From NCBI RefSeq assembly GCF_000143415.4, contig NW_003314264.1, positions 896,624 through 960,623 of the forward strand: a stretch of DNA of 64,000 nt. Direction: 5' to 3'. This DNA comes from Selaginella moellendorffii. Taxonomy: Eukaryota; Plantae; Lycopodiophyta. Shown here piece after piece: positions 24,689 through 34,845 of the stretch; the first letter of the stretch is position 1; each line of letters opens with the position of its first letter. A program made the translations under genes and the position numbers. The notes under the pieces were generated by a model. That model worked only from the letters and a program-made list of their open reading frames with translations. It did not search any database and had not been told where the DNA came from.

Positions 24689-27269
24689 TTCCACTCAGAA
24701 AAACCCTTACCTAAACAGAAAACTTTTTAACTTTGATTATGAAAAATGATTTTTCCTCCTTGCATTGTTTACCTCTTCAAATAGAGGAGAGCTCTCTTTG
24801 GACGATAGCGTTCAGGATCCAGCATCACTATATGAAGATGGAGGTCCTCCAGATCCAGTCCGTGGCCTTCATTACATATCAGCATGTGTATTTAATATGA
24901 AATGCAAACACTTTTGTGAAGAATGTAACCTATTGAATTTTTTACATTTGGAAAAACTTTTTGCAGAATTTTGTACATGAACTAGGCCTTTATAACCAAA
25001 CAATTTATTGTTTGTTTTATGTTTTGAGTCCTGTGATACTATTCTAGAGGAATATTATAAAATCTGGGGGCCAGAAGAGAATTTACAAACTCTACATGCT
25101 GTGAGTTACACTTCTCACTTGCTCGATCACAAGATGGTGGTGCCATTCTACATAATGTTTCAAGTTTGTCATCTTTATGTTTGCCTGTGTTGTTTATTTG
25201 AATAGAAGGGATCTCTTGTCGTCTTTGTGTTTGCCACTTTCCACACTGTGTTGTCTATCTGAATAGAAGGGATCTCTTGTTGTCTTAGAGGAATGAAAAC
25301 TTGGGTGTATCACAAGATTACAAGGAGAATGCATGACCCATCAAAGAATTCTAGTCCTAGCCACTAATCAAGAAATTGGAGAGGCGGAAAATGATTATAT
25401 TTCTTAACAAGCGAACTGTTTATACAAGATCATAAAGAAGAATGATTACCATTACTCCACCTCAAGAGAGCAAATTCATTCCATTTCTTTTATGTCCAAA
25501 CTTTTCCAACGTAACCCTAATTTAAGCTTTAGCAAATCTGTTTGAAGTTTTTCAATGAGCCGCTAGACACCAAGACATTGTGTGAGGTCATGTCGCCAGC
25601 CGAAAGCCTTGAGGTGGACTTGACCAGTCGACTCTAGCTCGGATGATCTAAGGAAAGACACCGAAAGAGATCCGGACTGCCAGACGATCTAACTGAATGT
25701 TATAAATCTCTCACAGGCATGGCAAGAATCAAGTTCGTTATGCGAATTGTTTAACTCCTACTCGGCTGTGGACAAGGGATGCATTTTGCTGGCGAGCTTC
25801 ATGCAGATTGGAGATGTAGACATGGTGTCGTGGATGAAATTGCAGCACAGCACAAGATGAAGGCAGAGAAATGTTTGATCGATAAATCTCGTGAACACAA
25901 TGCTAGAAGCATCAAATTCATGATCACGGCTCTTTCTCCCCAAGGTGGATATTGTGCTCTTTCAATTCGCTTAGGACCACCAAAAGTACAACACAAGTGT
26001 CCACAAGCCATCCAGCAGGCTGTCCAAGGATTCCTCATCCCCGCAACAACTAATTAAGTTAACTCTCCAGTTGTTTTCTTCTTCCCCTTTTTTTTCTGCC
26101 AAGTTTAGGGTTCATCGTTGAAGGGCTAGAGGACGAGATGTCTTGGGGTTGGGGTTGGGGTCGCTGCCCGGTCCACTCTGCCCAGGTAGGCCGCTTCGCA
26201 CGGTAAGTTCGTTTAGGTAGGGCTTTTCTTTGCATGAGCAATAAGTGAGTAAAGAAAGCAAAGCTGCTTGCAACGAGCTGAGGTATGATCAACGATGAAA
26301 GAAAGGCTAGTGGCGATCAGGAATTCGTGTTGAACCTCTAACGTTTGAAGACGATTGCAACGCAAAAAGGAGCTCAAACAACTCAGAAAATCAAAGTGCA
26401 AAACAACGGGCCAAGGATGTGGACAATACGAACGATCATTGAAAGTTGACAATACTTAGCTTCAGGTTTGCGTGTGTTTCAATTGGTTCTAATTTCTTGC
26501 CATGAACAAGCCAAGTTGCCTGCTCAACGACGATAAGAACTGAAAAACACCGTGTCTGCCAAGAAGAATAATGCTACGAGATTGGAGATATTTTGTGTCA
26601 ACGTGATTGTCAACGCTTTGAGTTATGTTGTTGCTGCGCTCAACGCAAGACCTGCGAGCTGAGAAACAACGTCGCCTGCGATCTTCAGAACCTCAATCCA
26701 GCTGAAGACGTACATGACAATGGTCCAACCTCAATGACCATGAAAACTCCAAGGGCAAAGGAATGCCTGTGCTCTCAATGGCTGTAAGAAGCATAGTGAT
26801 CATAGCGTGAAAGACGCTCACTCGTATACTGTTTGTTTTGTTTGCTGTTCAACGAAACGGACATCGGTTCGTGAACTGTTTATTCTAACCAAAATGTATG
26901 TTCAACGAACTGGACAACGCCCAAAAGGGCTAGAGGCTTCAACCTTCCAGTCTATGTTCTCTATAGTTTTCTTTATGGTTTCTTTAACTTCTTTTTGCTT
27001 TTGCAACGGTGCCATAGAACAACGTTAGATGGAAGTTTACGCTTTGGCAGTGGCAAAACCGGACGATCTACACAGAGCTACCCTGTGGTTTCCCTGAAAA
27101 GAAATGAATACAGTTACAAAGTTGCAAGTAGTTGTGTCAAAAAACACCAAAGTAGCTTGGGAGCTTCCCAGAGACGAGCATCTGGGCGCTGTGGCAGCTA
27201 CTCAAGAGCTCGTTAAGCCTCCTGTAGCTGTCCGAGCTTGAAGACCTCGGGCACGTCACTTCCAAAACT

Positions 27270-27700
27270 TAGCTCGGTAGGGGATTCTCATGCCTTGTTC
27301 CAGAGCTTTCAGTCTGATCATCTAGAGCCGAGCAAGTCTTGATGGCCGCGAAGAAAGTTCCGGAATCCGGTGCAGAGCCCTGGCATGAGAAGGCTTCCAG
27401 TTCTCTGCGTGTCCCAAGATGAAAGCGTTCTACATTGTGGCAAGGCATCCTGTCAAACACCTCCTCGCCTCAACCAGGCTGCCACACCTCCCATACATGC
27501 CAATCAAGCTGCAAGAAGTGTAGAGATTGGAGCAAACCCCGCTTTGGATGGCGCGATTCCCCTCTCTAAATCCTTGGAGCTCCCGCAGCATTTCAACCCT
27601 GAAAGGAGCTCTACTGAACAGTTTGTGCTGTGAACCTGGCATTGTCCCAATCTGTGGCAGTACCTGTGGAGCGCGGGTCGAAGGAAATGCATCCATCCGT
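27270..27700 (-). pseudogene. PLS-class PPR remnant
   Basis: SNLYTSCSLIGMYGRCGSLVEARR...FDRMP...APDSGTFFAAIKTC spread over several frames. Confidence 0.75.
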
Positions 27701-28059
27701 CGAGCGCCAAAAGAATCTTTGTGCCTTTAAATGACAAGGCAAAATTTCCTCTTCTTCTCACTGCCATTCTTTCGTGGGGCTTTGCGTCCATGGGAATTTG
27801 ATGTGGCTCTTCTCAGTGCGTTTTAGTTTCTTTTGATAGGAACCAAAGAAACTTAAGGATTCGAACCTTGGACTTGTGATTCATAATCCTCAGCAACCGG
27901 GTTCGCATTATTTTATTATCGACTTATCCCACACACGGCCAACGTTTCTTCTCCCGCGCGAGACGCCACTGCCGGGAAGGTCTTCAGAGCCCATCGTGAG
28001 CAGCGTCGTCCAGGTGAAGGTTTGCTTGGCCTAGCCCGGGCATATCGCCACAAGCAGCG

Positions 28060-28168
28060 GATTCCACGAGACGAGGCGGCATCGGGAAGGAGGCGTTTGA
28101 TCAAAACCTTGTGGCGTGGAACACGCTGCTTGCTGCATACTCGAGGCAGGGGCTTGTGAAGGAGGCCC
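28060..28168 (+). pseudogene. Short PLS-class PPR fragment
   Basis: Translates as DQNLVAWNTLLAAYSRQGLVKEA and ends abruptly against the SBP fragment. Confidence 0.7.
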
Positions 28169-28169
28169 C

Positions 28170-28833
28170 GCAATTCACACACTTTGTGTTGACGGTGATA
28201 GTGCTTTGCTCCACTCAAATCCGCCTTGCATCCTTACGCCTACACAGTGGTGCTTGAGCTCCAGGGGAATTTGCTCGGGGCCCTCGCTAGCGTGTCTTCC
28301 AAGTACGTCTTCACACCCAGATTCAGACCGATTCAAGAGTTTGCCTCAGAAATCCTCCCTTCTCATACCGTCAGCGAAGTTCCTGGGATCCATCTCCAGC
28401 CGCCCAGACAGTCGTCTCCGCTGCTCCTGAAACAACCTTGGATCCTGGCCGCTTCCCGGAACAAGACTTCCACTCATGTTTGCCAAAGGAAGAATCGTTG
28501 CTGCCGCTGTTCCTGGAAAGTCTTGCGATCCATATACTAGTGGCTGAGCGGCCTCTAGAGCTTCTCCCTGTCTCCCGACTCCTCTCCTCCAAGTCCTCGA
28601 AAGTCTAGAGTTGAGATCCCGTGACTTCCTGGCATGAAATGTTGCTGGTGTGGTTGGAATAGACGATGAGAAACGTTGTTGACGCTGTGGAGGTTCCCAG
28701 AGGAAGACTGTAAGATCGGCTTGAGAAAACCAGGAACTAGCTGAGACATCTTTGATCGTTGTCCAGCGTCATGGGACACTATCAGTGGCGGCCATGTTGA
28801 GCTGCCAGCTGCTGATAATTCTTCCACTCCCAC
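28170..28833 (-). pseudogene. Truncated, frameshifted SBP-box (SPL8-like) transcription factor fragment
   Basis: IGLNLGVKTY (compare SPL IGLNLGGRTYF), RANSPGAQAPLC, then GCKADLSGAKHYHRQHKVCEL, the first half of the SBP zinc-binding domain. The rest of the domain is absent. Confidence 0.82.
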
Positions 28834-28834
28834 T

Positions 28835-29258
28835 ATGATAGACGATGAGGCCCTGGATGCCTTGAACTTATAGTGTCACTGCCGCCGACTATGACGCTTG
28901 ATCCACCACCTGTTCGATGGCATGCCCGAGAGGAGCCTCGTGTAGTGGTTGGCGATGCTAATGGTGTTTGCAAACTGCGGCTGCATAGATGACGCCACAA
29001 GGCTGTTCGATGCCATGCCGATAGCCATGATCACCGCTTGTGCCGACCGCGACCTGGCCCGAGCCAAGGACGCGTTTGACGGGTGTTTGCACGACATGGC
29101 AAGGTTGACGAGCCTCCCCGAGCAGGACATGTTCTCTTGGGATGCCCTCTTAGCCCCACAGCAAGCATTTCTCTCTGTCAGCGTGCTGGATCGAGGTCTG
29201 CATTACTGGGCTGGTGTCTGCGGTGCTCAAGGCTGAAAAGCTAGTGCTGTGAGATGGC
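28835..29258 (+). pseudogene. PLS-class PPR remnant (CpG-rich source of the copies at 2545-2860 and 268-331)
   Basis: LFDGMPERSLV*WLAMLMVFANCGCIDDATRLFDAMP...LPEQDMFSWDALL. Confidence 0.8.
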
Positions 29259-32200
29259 CTTGCCTGGGCCCTGGGGGTCCTAACCCCAAGAAGCATCACT
29301 CCTCGTGGGTCCATTTTTTTCCCCATTCTAAAACCAACATTAGTCACTAACAAAACTTGCTTCTTGGGCAATGAACAAGATCAAAACACTAGCGAGCTGA
29401 GATAAGAGGGGTACTCATCTTCATATTGAATCTCCAGGGCCTTCTCTACTTCCAAACACGTCACCTTGCTCTGCCGTGGAGGTTGATGGGCTCGAGTCGG
29501 AACCAGCCATTGATCTTCTCCATGGCCAAGATCCGCCTGACATCGACATGTGTTCTGGAGGGATGGAGGTTGATGGACTCGAGTGAGGGATCTGGATAAA
29601 TCGAAGAACAAGGCAACTGGATGTTTTCGCAAAAATCTCTGCCAGTGGTCTTTTTATGTATGAAGCTCGAACAGGGACTTGAGCAATCCAACCAGATCCA
29701 AAAAAAATCTGGGTGATATATATAGAAAGTCTAGATAAAATTGCCATCATAAGCTGGAGGTGGACCAAATTCCACTTAATGAATATTTCCTCAATTAACA
29801 CTTACATAGAGAACTTTAATATTTGCTGTTGAGAAACAAAGAAGAAGAAAAAGTTATTTGAACTAGAAAAATTAGAAATGGGATCATCCAACAAGCTCGT
29901 GTGTCTTTGGCTGACAATAAGTATGTGTTGGGCTTGTCGTCGTCGGCGTCCAAAGCCTGTGTTCTTGATTCCTCCGAGATGCTAAGTCTTGGCTGGGCCA
30001 GTCGGCATTTAGTCTCCTTGCAAAATCTTCGATTTCCCTGAATCTTAATCATTGTATGTCACCTTGAACGAAACGAGCGCCTGAAAATTGGACTGGAGAT
30101 GAAGAACCTTGCTTTTTGAGCTCTAGAGACGAGAACAATGCTCTCAAAGGAAAAAAATGTGGAAGAAGGGAGTACACACGCGCATACCTCCTTTGAGAAG
30201 CTGTCCTGAAGAAGGGGATGTGATTCTCTGGAATGCCATGATCTCAGCATATGCTCTGAAACATTTGAGTGTTTAGTTAACAAATAAAGTTGGTTTTAGA
30301 ATGCAAACCTGGAGGCTAAGTTGCGAATGTTGTGGTTCCACTCGTTTCACGCACGAATCAATGGCATTGCTACTCCATCACCATCACCAGATGGAGAATA
30401 GCCTTCATTGCCCTCCCAAAGCTGTGATGTCAATTCATATAGCGGTGGCGTGGCAGGGAAGACTATAGTTCAAATTTGCACATTGATATACTTGCCTTCT
30501 GCAGCTCCATCCCAAGAACGTAGAGCTTGCTGCCCAGAACCTGGCTCCCCATGTCTTTAGTGATACAAGAATATCAAATGTATTCTTACAATGTATGGCA
30601 TAGCTCCACCACATTATCAAGAAGGTGATTAACAAAGTGAGTTGGTATTGATAAAATTTCCTCAACTCAGAGATCCATGGATGAAAGAAGATTGAGTTGG
30701 TAAGTAACCTCAAAAGTATGAAAGAGCATAAACTTAAATATTGACTTTTTAAATTGTTACAAGAGCAAGTGGTGATAACAAAGAAGACAAATCTTGGTTG
30801 GTAATTTGTCATCTTGGGTATAAGAAAGGACTAATTAATATGATTAAAGAGGATAAAAGCCATAATTAACAAAGAATAAAAACGAAGAGTGTTAAGAATT
30901 GTTATAAATAAACTTATTAGAAAGAAGAAACTCAATCATGTTGATGAGAAATATTACTTTTAAGTGTTTAAATAATATACTTTAATTGCCCATCATCTTG
31001 AGGATGATAAGAAGTTGACAACTTACCTTTGATGTGGAGGAAAGAAAGAAATTAGTGCTAAAAGGTGAAAATAAAATTAAAGATTTTGATCACTAATAAT
31101 ATTATCTAGCAATCCATAAAAGCAAAAAATGTCATTTTGAAAAACCAATCAACCACAATAAAGACAGTATCAATCCTCAAGAATACAGAAGATTAATAAA
31201 GAAGTTTATAGAGGCAGACATCCAAAGCCCAAAAGTAAAAAGAAGTGGCTAGAGAAAATTAGATAGAGCATTTCAAGGCGTTTTAGACTGCTAATAAATG
31301 AATGAAGCTATCTATTTCATAAATGTTTGTGACAAGAAGGTTTAGAGATCAACCACTAAGAGAAAAATAAATATGTATGTGAGTCCAAACAAAATCCACT
31401 CTCAAATTGTTATTTAGGCTCCTTTGTAGGTATTCTTCTATGTGATCTAAAATGTATTATTGATCACGATCAAGAGAGATCATTCGTAAAAAATGTATAT
31501 TTACTAGCACTTGATTTTTCTAAAATTTTATTTTCAAGGTGGACAGAAAGAGATTTTAGCAAAAGCATATTAGGCTACAAAAGGTAAGGCAAGATCAAAA
31601 ACTTTAATCATGTATAATTATGAGAATAAACATAATTAAAACCATGATCACTTCCCAATTATATAGGCATGAAAAGTGCCCTCTTATTGTGCTCTTGTCC
31701 AATTAAAATGAACCAAAGTTGAAAACAATTAAAATGTAGGTGATATCATCAAATTGTTTGCTATAGTAACCAGCATTCTTTGTATAATCATTAGGTAGTT
31801 TATTTAGTACAAGTAAACCTCAATTTGTCATACCTAGAGGTGACTTCAATTTGCTGCATTAGCCAAATTCTATTGATTATATTGCCTTGGACTTATTGTA
31901 GAAGAATTAACTAAGATATAGTCTAAGGTGGCCCCATGATCATAGACTTTGCCCATCCAGATTCATGATCCACTCATTGTAACTTGGATTTTAGACTAGT
32001 GGCTAACCTCTGGATTGATGGAATCCATTAGCTCATTGATAAAAGGTCAAATGGAGGAAGCAAGGAGAGGTGAACTTTGTTGTGAGGAGAGAAGCTCCTC
32101 CAAGCTTCTTTTGCTTGAAAGAGGCTGCAAATGCTGAAAATATAGATAGTGGGTTGATAATGAATTTGGATTAGAGTCCATCAAATAATATATTTCTAGA

Positions 32201-32350
32201 ACGACAAATTTAATAATCAGAAACTACGATTTTAATTTTCAAATAATAATTTAGAAAAAACAAAAGAGATGAAACTTTTGTCAACAACTTTGTCCCGGGA
32301 CAAAGTTATATAAATTTAAGAATTTATAAACCCATTAAATCTCTATAGGC

Positions 32351-32787
32351 ATGGAATCTCAAAAATCCCATATATTAGTGTTTATTGCTATGGTTGTTTT
32401 TTCTTTTTGCATTAAAAAGACTCCTCTATACACTTCCAAAGGTGCATTACAACATTCCAAAGAGGAACAAATTATCAAGACTATTGTAGGTGTGTGAACC
32501 TAGTTTGGTATAGATTTGCTTTTGGTTTATCTATGCCAGGATATTATACAGCTCGAGTTGGAAGTTTGGGTTGTTTTTTCAGGGTTAGGCAATCCCATGA
32601 ATTTATATTTAGGGATTTCATAGAAGCAGTTAGTGATATATGGGATATATGTTTATTTTATAATAACCCAGGAGGTATAATTGCGCTAAGTGATATCTCT
32701 TTATGAGTAGATTATTCAAGAGATGAGCTTAGGGAGACAAACTCTTCTATAAATATGTCAATGGTATTGTTTAATTGTAATATTTAA
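32351..32787 (+). pseudogene. Full-length pseudogene of the small secreted 6-Cys family (copy 4)
   Basis: Signal MESQKSHILVFIAMVVFSF, frameshift near 32430, then FQRCITTFQRGTNYQDYCRCVNLVWYRFAFGLSMPGYYTARVGSLGCFFRVRQSHE...DIWDICL..NNPGG..., TGA at 32704-32706 where the paralogs have Arg (CGA), then VDYSRDEL...FNCNI*. Confidence 0.9.
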
Positions 32788-34504
32788 CTTACAAGTCTCT
32801 AAAAACAAATAATTGATGTTTTTGGGTTACTACCACAACTATTATTTTGTAAAAATAAAAATGCTTCGTTTCTGAGACATCCAAATATATTTTAGGATAT
32901 TCTTCAATCTATTTCTTTTGTAAATGTTTACTATTAATTTTTCTTTATTTAGGACCTTGTTACTAATATTTATAACACAAAGCCATCCTGAATCCGATTA
33001 GAAGAAGCTCAAAATTCTTGCCGTGGATGTCTAGAGAAAGATCGTGAGGAAATCACAACGCTCTACGTCAATGGCAAGACCGGTGTCACAGGTTTGATTG
33101 GTATGGGATGAGAAGGGCTAAGGCAGGTTTCCTTGATCACTGCATGGGTGTTTGGCTTTGAGAATGTTTAGTAACAATAAAAAGAGCATACTAGAGCATG
33201 AAGAAAGAATAAAATATATGAGATCTTCTAGAGGGATGGATATTTTAGGTAGCAAAACGAATGAAGAAGGCTTATTTTGGATATGAAGAGATGAGGGAGA
33301 AACTTGTGGCCACTAAAAACTTCATCAATATGCAAAGACTATTCTTCTTGGAGAGTTTTACATCAGCAAACAGTTCAACTCAAGCATAACAGCTGCAAAT
33401 ATCTAACAAATATAACAGAAATAGCATAAAGACATGAGGTTTTTTAAGAGGTGAGTGCTAATATTACATATAACACACTTATTAAACTGTTACTCCAGCA
33501 CGACTTGGCTGCTGGGGGGATGCTCTCGATTGGGACGGTGGTGAGGTCAATGATGCAGAGCGTGGAGGTGATGCAGTTCTTTTAATACTCTCACATATAT
33601 AACCCCACTATAAGAAATGAAGTTCCTTATGTTTCTCTAGTGCTCTCTATGGAGCAAGCACCATGTCCGTGGACTTCTAGAGGATGTACCAAAGTTGAAA
33701 AAGTGGTTGAGAAATTCTCTCACCATCTTGAGATTTGACATGATCACCAAGCCAGTGTTTATATTGTGAGAGGTAGTGAGGAGTGATAGGATGGTTGATA
33801 ATTGGCAGTCGAATGGGTACTGATAGCAAATTGAATGTGCTGGAGAAAACAACCAAGCGTAACACCATTGTACAAACTTCCAACAAGATGAGAGTTGCAT
33901 TAAAGCTGTTGAGTTGGAGAGGTCTGGTTGCAAGCTAGTTGTAGAAAAAGAAGAAGATGAAAGTCATAAATGAAAAAAATTGTTTAAAATTTAAGTAAAC
34001 TCTGGCTCACCAACAATGATCTTATGAGGACTTGGTGGTGGAACACATTAAATGGGGCATGATATAGTTCTAATAAAGAAACATGGTTAGAGATTACAGA
34101 GAAAAAGACGAGACTAATCATTAGAAGTGATCAGTATAAGCAATATTAAATAATGTGTGAGACAAGTGTTGGATGAAATTAATATATCCAATGATAATAA
34201 AGGCCATAATTGAAAAAAATGATGCATCCAAAGGTCTACTGAACTCCATAATTCTTATAGGAACTTTATAAATGCCAGCAATAGGAATTCTCCCAGAATG
34301 GCCAAACATCTTTACTCCAAACCCTGAATGCCTGGTTGTAACAAAATTGGATGGAATAACTCTTCTCCCTGGAGGCCTTTGGTTATCGGATGAAGCAGTT
34401 CGTGCTTTGAGTATTATCCAGTGAAGCATCCAATCAGAAAGAGTTTGTAGTGTTTATGCAAGACTTCCACAAGTTTACATGCTTTTGAGTCTTTTAGTGT
34501 GCTG

Positions 34505-34693
34505 TTAAAGTGTGCTTCGATCTTGATGTTCCATGAAATGAGATCTTTCATCAACAAGCTGCAATTTCCATCCAATCTTCCCATGCATGGACGAGAATAA
34601 CTCGAGAGCTCGCTCAGGCTCACCACCTATTGCATATCCCATGAACATACATTCCAGGAGACTGAATCCCGCTGATCGAAAACTCGGCGCCAA
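34505..34693 (-). pseudogene. PPR-like remnant
   Basis: MGYAIGGEPERALELFSSMHG resembles a PLS-PPR repeat; there is no extended frame. Confidence 0.5.
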
Positions 34694-34845
34694 AATGCCG
34701 GATCAGATTTTAGGGTTCTTTGGTATGGGTTTAGGGCTTTTGCGCCAAAACTCTAGGGCAACGCAAACTATCAGGAACACGAGAATGCCCAGTCTCGTTC
34801 GTCCGCATTTTGATTCGGATCGAGGGCCTCGATGATCAGCGCTCT

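Noticed and set aside
27857-27900. tRNA/SINE-like B-box GGTTCGAATCC (minus), and GGTTCAAGTCC twice at ~9500-9540
   Set aside because: No A-box, cloverleaf, tail or TSD could be identified; too short to call.
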